Source: a virus. From it: a DNA stretch of 64,000 nt. The notes beneath the pieces are model-generated. The model was not told the origin of the DNA, searched no databases, and saw only the letters and a list, made by a program, of their open reading frames with translations. The position numbers and the translations under genes were made by a program. The stretch covers positions 1 through 64,000 of the IMG/VR virus record IMGVR_UViG_3300042516_001671. The stretch is one strand, 5' to 3'. Below are positions 8,029 through 17,252 of the stretch, piece after piece; the first letter of the stretch is position 1, and the number at the start of each line of letters is the position of its first letter.

Positions 8029-8937
8029 TCAGGCCCCAGGCGAACCGAACGCCCCAAGGGGGTCGCTCACTCCAAACGAGTACCTCTCACGCGCCTTGTA
8101 CCGGCTGTTGCCCGTGTCGAAGTCAGCATCCATGGACGTTGCCAGGGGCACGCGCACGAAGTGCTTCAGACCGTTGGGCACATCGGTGGTCAGGAACCAC
8201 GCGTTGGTATCGGTCAACCAGTGGTTGATCGTGTAGCCCTCGGGGATCGAGCCATTGTTCTTCAGGGCGTTGATGTCGTTGTCGGCGGTGCCAACACGGA
8301 GGTTGGTTTCCAACAGACGCGTTGCAACGAACTGAAGCGCCGGGGGCACGATCAGCTTGCGGGGCTTGGCGGCGATCAGGAGGCCGCGCTCATCGGTCCA
8401 GCCAGCGATCTGGATGACCGCAGCTTCCAGCGAGGTCTCGTTCAGGTCAGCGCCGACCGTGGGACGGTTGCTGTTGGAACCACCAGACACCAGCGGGTGA
8501 GCGGTGCTGAACAGCGATTGGCCGTCCCCGTAGGTCACGGAGGCGTTGAAACCGTTGTTCAGGATGGCGGCAGCCTTGACCTGCTTCGTATACGCCATGG
8601 CCCGGGCAAGGGCCTTGGTGTACCGCGCCGAGAGACTGTCGTACAGGTTGTCTTCCATCGCCTCTTCGGTGATGGAGAAACCCATAGCGATGGTCTCGTG
8701 GTTGTAACGAGCGGTCCAGGCTTCCTGCGCATTGTCATACGCGATGGCTTGGCCTTCGTTCTTCACCGGGGCGGCGCTGAAGCCGGAGAGCTTGGTCTCC
8801 TCTTCAAACGAACGCTCGGAGGTCTCCGTCTCGTAGATCTCCTTGTGCTCTTCGCCGTAACGCTTGTACTCCAGGCCGAACAGGGCGTTCAGTCCAGGGA
8901 GCAGTTCCTTGAGTAGTTGGGCACGAGAAATTGCCAT
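8029..8937 (-). CDS. Major capsid protein (Mu gpT-like, HK97 fold)
   Basis: MAISRAQLLKELLPGLNALFGLEY...SITEEAMEDNLY...YKARERYSFG; strong RBS, biased codons, terminator. Confidence 0.9.
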   Translation of the reverse strand: MAISRAQLLKELLPGLNALFGLEYKRYGEEHKEIYETETSERSFEEETKLSGFSAAPVKNEGQAIAYDNAQEAWTARYNHETIAMGFSITEEAMEDNLYDSLSARYTKALARAMAYTKQVKAAAILNNGFNASVTYGDGQSLFSTAHPLVSGGSNSNRPTVGADLNETSLEAAVIQIAGWTDERGLLIAAKPRKLIVPPALQFVATRLLETNLRVGTADNDINALKNNGSIPEGYTINHWLTDTNAWFLTTDVPNGLKHFVRVPLATSMDADFDTGNSRYKARERYSFGVSDPLGAFGSPGA

Positions 8938-8949
8938 GATGTGTGCTCC

Positions 8950-9876
8950 TTAGACGCCAGCAGCCAGCAGGTAGCTGTGGTAGCCGAAGTTCCAGCCAAC
9001 GATCACTTCCGGGTAGCCCACGAAAGAGACACCGCCTCCACTAGTGGCGGTAACGTTGGCGCTGACCGTGATGGTCTTGGTGCTGGTGACAACACCCGTG
9101 ACCGTCAGGTTGCTGCCCGGCGAGCCTGCGGTCGTGCTGGAGATACCAGCAATAACGCACTGCATACCGGGTTGGATGCCCGTAACGGAATCGACCGTGA
9201 AAGTCGTGCCGCCCGCAGGCGACGAGGTCAAAACCGTTGCAACGGTGACCGCCGTATCCGGGACCATCTGGATCACGCGCAGGCACGGCGAAGTGCCAGC
9301 CCCGGTGCCGACCGTTTGACGGATGTTGCCCGCCACGGAAGACGCGACCGTCGGGTTTGCGCCCGAGATCGCCATGGCCGAGTTGCCCGTCGTGATGCTG
9401 CCCGCATTTCCTGCAACCAGGAACGCATTGGAACCAAGGAACGACGGCGACATGTAGCCGATGGTCGTGCCCGTGTTCAGTTGCGTGTTGGCCGAGCCTT
9501 GGGGCTGGGTGACCACCGCCGCCTTGAAGAGGGCGTTGGGGTCGTCCAGCACATAGGCCACCGCGTCAGGAGCGTTGGTCCCTGCGGGCCATTGCTCATT
9601 GCGCAGCTTGCCGAACACCGGCCCGCCCGTGGGGGTGTACTCGCAGCCGAGGAAGACACCGAGGATGTCCCCAGCGGCAGCGGCGGATTGCGTGTCCGCG
9701 TTGTACGGGGTGATGATGGTGTTGCCGTTGGAAAGACCCACAACGTCGCCCGTGAAGAGGCCCGTGTTGTAGCCCTGACCAATCGGAATCATCCGGGTAG
9801 ACCCAGCGAAGGGGATGCCCCCGCGCAGGTTCACCGGCTTTAGGCCGTAAGGCCCGTCGATGATGGGATAAGCCAT
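8950..9876 (-). CDS. Capsid decoration/cement protein
   Basis: PYGLKPVN...F.GD.V...GVFLGCEY...AYVLDDP..LF motif immediately upstream of MCP. Confidence 0.7.
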   Translation of the reverse strand: MAYPIIDGPYGLKPVNLRGGIPFAGSTRMIPIGQGYNTGLFTGDVVGLSNGNTIITPYNADTQSAAAAGDILGVFLGCEYTPTGGPVFGKLRNEQWPAGTNAPDAVAYVLDDPNALFKAAVVTQPQGSANTQLNTGTTIGYMSPSFLGSNAFLVAGNAGSITTGNSAMAISGANPTVASSVAGNIRQTVGTGAGTSPCLRVIQMVPDTAVTVATVLTSSPAGGTTFTVDSVTGIQPGMQCVIAGISSTTAGSPGSNLTVTGVVTSTKTITVSANVTATSGGGVSFVGYPEVIVGWNFGYHSYLLAAGV

Positions 9877-9890
9877 TTAAGACTCCTTGA

Positions 9891-10340
9891 TTACTGACCG
9901 CGTCCGAACGAGACCTCAGACCGCCGGTTCTTGAAGAGCGGCATACGAGGATCGTTCTCGCGCATGAAGGTGTTGTCCACGGACTCCATCTGACCAGACG
10001 CCTGACCCTGGTAGAAGGCATTCCGTTGATCAACAAGTTCTTTTGGGGTTCGGCAAAGCACCAGACCGCCGATCTCCAGCGCATCAGGAATCCGGGATTT
10101 CGGATCGCATAGATGTTGGAGTTCGGGATGATCTGCCACCTTGACAGGCTCCCAGCCTTCGCGGAACTTGGAGGTGATATTCCTTGGGTCGGCGGTGCCC
10201 AAGGTGCTGACGCGAACCCACCGATAGACATATCCAGGATCCGGGATCGGATCCGGGAGAAGTTCAGCGGGCTTCCAGGTCATGGGTCGCTCCGCCTTGG
10301 CGCGAGATTCCGCTTCGCGGGGGGTACGTTGGTCAGCCAT
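9891..10340 (-). CDS. Conserved head-assembly protein
   Basis: W.P..LL..P...PGY..RW.R...REGWEPV...IGGL.LC..P motif between scaffold and capsid genes. Confidence 0.7.
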   Translation of the reverse strand: MADQRTPREAESRAKAERPMTWKPAELLPDPIPDPGYVYRWVRVSTLGTADPRNITSKFREGWEPVKVADHPELQHLCDPKSRIPDALEIGGLVLCRTPKELVDQRNAFYQGQASGQMESVDNTFMRENDPRMPLFKNRRSEVSFGRGQ

Positions 10341-11268
10341 TGTCTTTCCTCATCTGTTCAGCTACTGCACGCGCGTACTGCTCAGGGGTGAGCCCGAGGC
10401 GCTTTGCAAGGGTTACCTGGGTTTGCGTCAGCACGATCTTCTTGGGCGCGGTGCTGCGCGTTGCCGGGGCAACTACAGATGACTTCTTCTTCTCCTGGGT
10501 AAACGCTCCAGGGAAAGTAGATTTCATCTCAGAGTCGATACGATTGAAGTACTCGTCGCTTCCGGCGGGCACCCCTTCTCGCTCAAGTTCTCTGTGAATC
10601 TCCATCGCCACAGCCGACATTCGGAGATTTGACCCAAACCACGGATTGGCTTCTTGCCACGCTCGGGTTTTTGGGTCAACTTGTGGCGTTGGCGGCGTTT
10701 GTACAACATTTTCCGGCGTTTGTACAGGGGTGGGTTTCGGCGGGCGGAATGCCGCCAGCTTTTCCGCCTTCAGCTTGACCGAGAAAAGCTCTTCCTGGGC
10801 AGCAAGAACTGCCTTGGCATCGCCTTCTTCATAAGCCTTTTCATACTTCTTCCGGGCCGCGTCCAATTCGCCTTCGACAGCTTTTTTGGCTTGTTCGATG
10901 GCGACTTGCTGGCTTTGTCCTGCCGATTTCTGGAGCTTTTGGTTCTCTTCCAGAAGCCTTTGGGTGAGACGTAGTGCCTCTTCCCGCTCTCGCAGCGCCG
11001 CTTCTTTCGCCCTACGCTCCTCGTGGTAGCCCTTCGAGAAGTGTTGGATGCGCTGCTTGACCCCTTCGGAGTATTTCGCCAACTCGTCGTCGGTGACATC
11101 CGCAGGCGGCTCCTTCATTGGAGCGCGGCCCTTGTCTGCCTCTGGGGTGTCGTCCACCACCTCGATCTCTGCGTCACCTTCGATCTCAAAATCGACCTTC
11201 TTGTCGTCGGCCTTGGTGTCCACCTGAACTTCGTCGGGGAACTTGAACTCTTCTTTGTCCAGTGCCAT
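10333..11268 (-). CDS. Scaffolding protein
   Basis: Acidic N-terminus, long coiled coil, W..ANPWFG, C-terminal AKRLGL.PEQYA. Confidence 0.75.
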   Translation of the reverse strand: MALDKEEFKFPDEVQVDTKADDKKVDFEIEGDAEIEVVDDTPEADKGRAPMKEPPADVTDDELAKYSEGVKQRIQHFSKGYHEERRAKEAALREREEALRLTQRLLEENQKLQKSAGQSQQVAIEQAKKAVEGELDAARKKYEKAYEEGDAKAVLAAQEELFSVKLKAEKLAAFRPPKPTPVQTPENVVQTPPTPQVDPKTRAWQEANPWFGSNLRMSAVAMEIHRELEREGVPAGSDEYFNRIDSEMKSTFPGAFTQEKKKSSVVAPATRSTAPKKIVLTQTQVTLAKRLGLTPEQYARAVAEQMRKDNG

Positions 11269-11270
11269 GG

Positions 11271-11669
11271 TTATGCCCTCTGAATGCCACGCGGGTCTTG
11301 AACGACGGCTTCTACGCTGTCGTCATTGATGATTCGGAACTCTTGTCCGTGGATCTTGATCCGAGTGCCACTGTTTGGGCGGACAAGAATGAAGTCACCC
11401 ACCTTGCAGGAGGGGCCGGAGGGGAACCGAATGGGGTCTTTGTAGCAGTCCGGGCCCATCTTCATGACGAACAGCACCGGGGAGAGAACCTCCTCGAAGT
11501 GCATCGTCTGACCGGCCTTCAGGAGCCCACTTTCATAGGACTCTTCGGACTTTGGCAGGACGCAGAGGATGTGATACGTCCTTGGATCGGGCACCTGACG
11601 GGCCTTTTCCTCTGGAGTTTGGGGTAGAACGGTTTCGCACTGCCCATCGGACAGGAGTAGCTCACTCAT
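11271..11669 (-). CDS. Phage co-chaperonin, GroES-like
   Basis: P.P..Y.IL..LP...SGL...V.KMGPDCY...CKVGD..L...GT....G.EFR.INDD.V.AVV. Confidence 0.85.
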   Translation of the reverse strand: MSELLLSDGQCETVLPQTPEEKARQVPDPRTYHILCVLPKSEESYESGLLKAGQTMHFEEVLSPVLFVMKMGPDCYKDPIRFPSGPSCKVGDFILVRPNSGTRIKIHGQEFRIINDDSVEAVVQDPRGIQRA

Positions 11670-11859
11670 CTTCAGATCTTTCAAGTCGGTCTACGAGGTC
11701 GGTGATGTAAACATGAGCCTGCGATAGACCTCGGATCTCGCCGGTCATGGACTTGTACTCAGAAAAGTCCCGTGCGCCGCCGGAGATGAGGGCTTGGGCG
11801 ATTTGCTCGCGCCTGTCTTCAATCTCTTTTAGCACCACGGAGAACGCAGTGGTTGCCAT
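11662..11859 (-). CDS. Small conserved head-block protein
   Basis: L.SGGA.DF.EYK...GEIRGL motif between portal and GroES. Confidence 0.7.
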   Translation of the reverse strand: MATTAFSVVLKEIEDRREQIAQALISGGARDFSEYKSMTGEIRGLSQAHVYITDLVDRLERSEDE

Positions 11860-11928
11860 AAAGCTCCTTTCGGAGGTTTCAAGATGTCCGAAATGCCGTT
11901 TTTGGACGTTTTGGACTGATTTCAGTCA

Positions 11929-14340
11929 TTACTGGGTGGGTTTTGACTGTTGTTTCTGCTGAGAAGGGCGAACCATGGTCTTGACAAGGTCCGTCCGCAG
12001 CTTTTTGTCCGTCTGGGCAGCTTGTGACTGCAGTCTGGACTGTTCCTTGAGCATTTCAGCCTTGATTCGCTCTTGCTCAAGGGCGATTTTCTGTTGGGCA
12101 ATCTGGAAATCCCGTTGACTATCAGCCTCCTTTCGCTGAAGTTCTTGTGCCCGAAGCTGAAGTTCAGCTTGTTGAAGCTGCAACTCAGGGTTTTGTGCCT
12201 GCTGTTGAGCCTGCTGCTGGGCAAACATGGCTTGGTTTTGCACCATCGTCCTCTGGGCTGCCGCCGCGATAAGAGGAGCAAGTGCCTTTTCATCCTCCGG
12301 GGCGATGGGAGCGTTGTCTTCCTCGTCCAATTCTGGAAGAGGCACGCCCAACTGCATCTCAACCTGCGCCCGGTAGGCAAACGCCGCATGTTCTGCCATG
12401 TGAGCCATCAGCGCAGCCATCATTTGCTGAGACATGGGGTTCTGCCCCAGGACCGCAGCAATGTTCGGGTCTTGCATGAATGCCTGATGGGTAGCCATGT
12501 GGGCCTGATGATCCTGGTATGCAAACGCCTTGACGGGCTGCATACGAAGGACAGCCATGTTCTCCGACACCGGATCCCTTGGCTTTTGATCATCGGAGGT
12601 CGGAACCAGCTTTTCTGCATCCTTGATCCCCAAAACCTCCAGCATCTGCCTGTGGAGCTTGGGAAGGTCATAGATCTGAGGGGCGCCTTGGGCCAGTTGG
12701 AGGGCCGCTTGGTACTGCATGATCCGCTGGGCCATCGTGGCCGCATTGGGATCACTGACCGGGATCACCTCCACCATGTCGTAGTCGGACTGTTTCAACG
12801 ACCTATTCCCACCCTCTGGGACATAGGAATACGCCGGCGACATGAAGTCCCTGATGATCTTCTTCAGGAGCTTGAACTCCATCCGAAGACTTGCGTGGAC
12901 CCGGGCCTGGACGGCACTCATGGTCTTGAGTTGCCGCTCCAGGATAGCCAGGGTGGTCCCCACAGGAGCCTGGGCCGACATGTCGCTGACCTTCAGATCA
13001 GCGATGGCCGCGAGTCTTCGTCCGTCTTCCGTGATTCGATCCAAGAGAGCCGCCAGAACTTGGCTGGGCTCCTTGTACGGAAGGGGCATGATGTTCTCTT
13101 TGACCGTACCAGAAGGAACATCAACATCCCGGAACTCTCCAGGAGCAATCGGGGTGTCGTCTCCCTTGATTCTCAAGCCCCGAGCCTTCAGGCCCCCAGG
13201 GAGGTTGCTCAAGGTTCCCGCATCCACCAGTTGCCTGATAAGGGAAGTGCCTGCTCGTGCGTATCCACCGATCAGATGGATGTAGCCCAAACCATACGCA
13301 CCAAACCCAGGGATGTAGGTGTACTGGACGAAGTGCTGACGCTTCTGCTGTTTCTCGTCATCCTCTTCCCAGTTCCGCCGGATGGACAGAACGGTGTTGT
13401 TCCCCTTCTCAATGGTCACCACATATGGGAGGGCAACGTCCTCTTCATACCCCGGGAGATCCAGGTCGGCATGGATCTCAAAGATCCGATACCGATCATC
13501 ATCTTGAAGACTGAAGCCCTGCTCCTCTGCCTTCTTCTTCTCAATGTCCGTGAAGAACTGCGTGGGCTCTCCCAGCTCCACATCCCGGTAGAACCCGCTG
13601 ACTTGTAGCTTACGGATCTCGTTCTTCGTCTTGCGCATCACATGAGTGACGCGCTCTGCCGTGTAAACGTTGGATGCGCCGTAGGGAATGATGAGATCTT
13701 CTGCCGGGACAAAGGGGGCGGCGGGGAGTGCCGTGTTGTCATCTGGGTAGATCTTCTTGAATGCCGCTCCTGAGAGGCCCAGGGAATACAGCATCCGCTC
13801 ATGCTCTGACCTGTAGTCCACCATCTTCTCGGTCAAGGTGACGTTCATATCCTCCCGGACACGATCAGCCACCTCTTCCTTGACTCTGGTGATCTCCCCA
13901 ATGATCTGGGTCTTGACCGGCCCTTGAGCGGGGAACGTTTCAACGATCATCTCTGACTGGAACCTGACAGCGGCTTCCGTCAAGAGGGGAGAGAAGACAC
14001 CACAGGCCCCAGACCACGGCTCCGTCCTCTCTTCATACTTCATCCCCAAGACCTCCAGACCCTTGATGTACATCTCGGTCCAGTCTTTGCGGGAGTTGAT
14101 GTCTGCGTCTACAAGCTCCACAAGCTCAGAGGCAAGAGAACTCAGTGCCCCCTCATCCATGAACTCTGCGAGGTTCGCCCCGAACTCTTCTGCTGTCTCT
14201 TCTTCTGGCTCAAGGACAACCTCCAGACCATCCATGCCGACGGTCACCTTGTCCGGGTTCTCAATCTCAATCTCCATGACGGACTCAGAAACCACCGGGA
14301 TATCAGCAGGCACCATCGCCCGGTCAATGTTTGTTGCCAT
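11929..14340 (-). CDS. Portal protein
   Basis: ~803 aa after terL; SRKDW...PLL.EA.VRFQ...GSAFKK-like, RQLVDAGTL.NLP, Q-rich C-terminal helix. Confidence 0.88.
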   Translation of the reverse strand: MATNIDRAMVPADIPVVSESVMEIEIENPDKVTVGMDGLEVVLEPEEETAEEFGANLAEFMDEGALSSLASELVELVDADINSRKDWTEMYIKGLEVLGMKYEERTEPWSGACGVFSPLLTEAAVRFQSEMIVETFPAQGPVKTQIIGEITRVKEEVADRVREDMNVTLTEKMVDYRSEHERMLYSLGLSGAAFKKIYPDDNTALPAAPFVPAEDLIIPYGASNVYTAERVTHVMRKTKNEIRKLQVSGFYRDVELGEPTQFFTDIEKKKAEEQGFSLQDDDRYRIFEIHADLDLPGYEEDVALPYVVTIEKGNNTVLSIRRNWEEDDEKQQKRQHFVQYTYIPGFGAYGLGYIHLIGGYARAGTSLIRQLVDAGTLSNLPGGLKARGLRIKGDDTPIAPGEFRDVDVPSGTVKENIMPLPYKEPSQVLAALLDRITEDGRRLAAIADLKVSDMSAQAPVGTTLAILERQLKTMSAVQARVHASLRMEFKLLKKIIRDFMSPAYSYVPEGGNRSLKQSDYDMVEVIPVSDPNAATMAQRIMQYQAALQLAQGAPQIYDLPKLHRQMLEVLGIKDAEKLVPTSDDQKPRDPVSENMAVLRMQPVKAFAYQDHQAHMATHQAFMQDPNIAAVLGQNPMSQQMMAALMAHMAEHAAFAYRAQVEMQLGVPLPELDEEDNAPIAPEDEKALAPLIAAAAQRTMVQNQAMFAQQQAQQQAQNPELQLQQAELQLRAQELQRKEADSQRDFQIAQQKIALEQERIKAEMLKEQSRLQSQAAQTDKKLRTDLVKTMVRPSQQKQQSKPTQ

Positions 14341-14360
14341 GTCTTGTCCTTGTAAACGCA

Positions 14361-15857
14361 TCAATAATAACTGACGGGCCGTCTGTAAGCCATCTCATCA
14401 GGCTCATCCGAGGCAATGGAGATGAAGCCTCCCTTGCGGAACCTCATCAATGCCTGAGAGGCAGAGTCCGTCAAGTCATCATGCTCCCCATAGGGGAACT
14501 CTGCCATCTCTTCAGAAACCTCCTCCGCCCACCTCCGGTCAGGTCTCCAAACCATCCCAGAGGCAAACAGATCCACCACGGCATTCACCCGGGAGATCTT
14601 GTCCTGCCCTTTGTAGGGGGTGTATTCAGAGACCGGGACTCCGGCCTTACGAAGCTCATACACCAAAGGAGCGCCAGCGGCTCTCTTTTCAATGATCGTC
14701 GTGTCAGGGCTCCATTCCCTGTAAAGCTCCACAGCCTTCCTCTTCAGGTCCGGGAACTCCATCCGCTGCTTCAACGCATCCAGAAGGATGATGTTGGGAA
14801 CCATGTTCCCATGTCTATCCTCCCGGTCAAACACCCCCCAGGTGGTACATGCCGAGTAGTCAGCCCTGTTGGATGTCTCAAAAGCGGTGTCCCAAGACTG
14901 AATGATGTACTGGCACGGCGGAGGACTCTCCCCCTCCCATATCTTCCAGTACTCCCTCTTAACTATCGCCCCCTCTTCCGAGGTTGGGTTCTGCTGGTAC
15001 TGAGCCTCCCACTTGGCTACAGGGATCTCAGCCTTGATCGACTCCAACTCCTCCTTCTTCCAGAACCCAGGCCACAAGGGAGTGCCAGAAGGAAGAATGG
15101 CCGGGAACTCAATGATCTCCCAGTCATCAGTGCCATCTTTTGAAGAGTTCTTCAGGATCTGCCCGGTCAAGTCCTTCTTGGACCACCGGGTCATCACAAC
15201 AATGATCGCTCCCCCAGGCTGTAAACGCTGTCTCGGTCCAGAGGTGTACCACTCATACACAGCGTCATACACCGCAGGGTTCCCCTGCTTGGCCTCCTGC
15301 TCACTATGGGGATCGTCAATGATCAACAGATCCGCACCCTTACCCGTCACCGCCCCACCAACACCGATAGCGAAGTAGTCCCCACCCTTGTCTGTGTTCC
15401 ATCTCCCAGCAGCCTTCGAGTCACTGGAAAGCTGAGTCCCAAAGACCTTCTTGTAATCCTCCGACGAGACAAGGTTGCGAACCTTCCGGCCAAACCCCAC
15501 AGCCAATTCCGCTGTATGTGCCGTCTGGATGATCTTCTTCTCAGGAAACTTCCCAAGGAACCAAGCAGGAAGCAGATACGAAGCAAACTCAGACTTGGTG
15601 TGTCTCGGAGGCATGTTGATGATCAGCCTCTTCAACTCCCCATTGGCAACCCTCTCGAAAGCATCAGCCATGATCTGATGATGCTTCCCAGAGATAAACA
15701 CAGGCCACATCTGCTTGACAAAGAACAGGAAGCTCTCCCGGCACCTCTGTACCCTGTCCATCTCAAGAAGAGCCTTGATCTTCTTCCTGTCCCCCTCCGA
15801 CACCTTGTCCACTATCTGAAGATAACTTGAGATCTCCTGCCTTGACAACAATGTCAT
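14361..15857 (-). CDS. terL: Terminase large subunit
   Basis: INMPPRHTKS Walker A, LIIDDP Walker B, VMTRW, YQQNP, SWDTA nuclease, HDDLTD. Confidence 0.95.
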   Translation of the reverse strand: MTLLSRQEISSYLQIVDKVSEGDRKKIKALLEMDRVQRCRESFLFFVKQMWPVFISGKHHQIMADAFERVANGELKRLIINMPPRHTKSEFASYLLPAWFLGKFPEKKIIQTAHTAELAVGFGRKVRNLVSSEDYKKVFGTQLSSDSKAAGRWNTDKGGDYFAIGVGGAVTGKGADLLIIDDPHSEQEAKQGNPAVYDAVYEWYTSGPRQRLQPGGAIIVVMTRWSKKDLTGQILKNSSKDGTDDWEIIEFPAILPSGTPLWPGFWKKEELESIKAEIPVAKWEAQYQQNPTSEEGAIVKREYWKIWEGESPPPCQYIIQSWDTAFETSNRADYSACTTWGVFDREDRHGNMVPNIILLDALKQRMEFPDLKRKAVELYREWSPDTTIIEKRAAGAPLVYELRKAGVPVSEYTPYKGQDKISRVNAVVDLFASGMVWRPDRRWAEEVSEEMAEFPYGEHDDLTDSASQALMRFRKGGFISIASDEPDEMAYRRPVSYY

Positions 15858-16038
15858 ATCGCCCTCTGTCCTTTGATATATATCCCTTGTCCCTCAGCGC
15901 CCCCACCAACCTGTACGTGCCGCCACATGATCTGACCTTGCAGCCTATCGCTATCACCCTGTACGTCGGAACAACGCCCCATTTCCTCTTGTACGCCTCT
16001 ATAAACTCCAGGACGAACCTCTGTCTCCTGGTCAACAT
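15763..16038 (-). CDS. LexA N-terminal-like winged-helix DNA-binding protein (no peptidase domain)
   Basis: LTRRQRFVLEFI..Y....G..PTYR.IA......S....RLV.AL..KGYI. Confidence 0.75.
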   Translation of the reverse strand: MLTRRQRFVLEFIEAYKRKWGVVPTYRVIAIGCKVRSCGGTYRLVGALRDKGYISKDRGRYDIVVKAGDLKLSSDSGQGVGGGQEEDQGSS

Positions 16039-16145
16039 ACATCCGGCTTTTTCCATTTCTCAACATGACCGGGGGGTGTCTCTATATATATAGGGGGTGG
16101 GGGTCTGGAGGATGGGAATGAAAGGGGGTGGGCTGGATATTGGGG

Positions 16146-16212
16146 GAAATGTTTGAGTGGAATCGGGGTGAAATGTTTGAGTGGAATCTAGGGGAAATGT
16201 TTGAGTGGAATC
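16146..16212. repeat. Three exact 19-bp direct repeats GAAATGTTTGAGTGGAATC, 24-bp period
   Basis: Copies at 16146, 16170 and 16194 in a G-run-rich noncoding gap. Confidence 0.95.
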
Positions 16213-16308
16213 GAGCGTAACGTGGCGGAGGGTGGTCATCGCAGCCCAGCCCCCCTCCCCCACCGGTGCCCTCCCGCTCACCCGCTCCCGTGTACACGCA
16301 CCCGCGTT

Positions 16309-16980
16309 TCAACGCTCGTCAGTGCCGGTCTTGCCCACTAGGCGCAGGTGCTGCGCGAGGTCGCGTCGCAGTGCATCGGGCGACGCGGTCTTGTCCTGCT
16401 GTTGAGGTGCTGATGTAAACGCGCCGGAGGCCTTGCCGAGCATTTCAAGGGCTCGCAGCCGTGTCGTGTCCGATGCCCCCTTACTCAACTCCACCAGACT
16501 CTTCAGCACATACCGTCTCGCCGCCGCCTGATCCTCCACCAGCGCCTCCTGGGTCTCATCCCATGCTGCCTGGATGATTGCCCGGATCCTTGGGTTCTTG
16601 CTCAGCCTGGACGCTGCGACGCTCACTGCCTCATCTGATGCATGCGACCCATACGCTTGTCTGTACGCTGCGCGGAGGCCCATCCCCTCGATAACGCCTC
16701 TGGCGAAGGACAGTTGCTTCTGCGTCAGAGGACGCACCCTCCTGAAGTCAGGCGCTCCCCTTAGCTGCCCATCAGCCCTCTTCCCTGGTCCTGGTGATGT
16801 CCAGGCCGACTGTTCCGCTTCGCTTCCCTCCTGGCCGGGGCTTGATGCGTTTACACGCTCGAGGTCTTCCTCGGCCTGCTCCAGGGCAGCGAGTAGCTCC
16901 TCGGAGGTCGCTCGGCCCCTTCCCTCTCCCGGGCGCTGGTCTTTTCCTGGATGCATGTACAGCCCTGATGTTCTATCCAA
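16309..16980 (-). CDS. terS: Terminase small subunit-like protein
   Basis: LTQKQ..FA.....G.....AYR.AY......A....ASRL..NP.I HTH; RLRALEMLGK; start uncertain. Confidence 0.75.
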   Translation of the reverse strand: MDRTSGLYMHPGKDQRPGEGRGRATSEELLAALEQAEEDLERVNASSPGQEGSEAEQSAWTSPGPGKRADGQLRGAPDFRRVRPLTQKQLSFARGVIEGMGLRAAYRQAYGSHASDEAVSVAASRLSKNPRIRAIIQAAWDETQEALVEDQAAARRYVLKSLVELSKGASDTTRLRALEMLGKASGAFTSAPQQQDKTASPDALRRDLAQHLRLVGKTGTDER

Positions 16981-16982
16981 TG

Positions 16983-17041
16983 GTGTTCACATTATCCACA
17001 GGTTGTTCAAACAGAGCAAGTTGTCCACAGGCTGTGGATAA
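16983..17041. promoter_or_regulatory. DnaA-box cluster
   Basis: TTATCCACA 16992-17000 (perfect), TTGTCCACA 17021-17029 (1 mismatch), TGTGGATAA 17033-17041 (perfect, reverse). Confidence 0.75.
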
Positions 17042-17162
17042 ACTCTTGACCCTTGGGTTTACTTGGTCTTCTGTCCCTGCTACTCACGCGTGCGGGCGCA
17101 CGCATTCGTTGTCCGGCTGGCCGGGCCTTGTGCTGCTAGTGCAGTCCTCGCGCAACACCCTA

Positions 17163-17191
17163 TTGCAATTACCCGTTTAACACGGTATGCT
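17163..17191 (+). promoter_or_regulatory. Sigma70-type early promoter
   Basis: TTGCAA-17 bp-TATGCT upstream of ACAGGAG RBS and ATG 17253. Confidence 0.7.
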
Positions 17192-17252
17192 CGCGGTGCC
17201 CGCAAGGGCCCCCGCAGCGAAGGTCGCAGCGGCGGCAGAACAGGAGTTCGAG

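Noticed and set aside
15763-16038. SOS-cleavable lysogeny repressor implying a temperate lifestyle
   Set aside because: Only the DNA-binding domain, no S24 peptidase; no integrase or partition system found
16146-16212. Possible mini-CRISPR array
   Set aside because: Repeats are 19 bp with only 5-nt spacers; no cas operon
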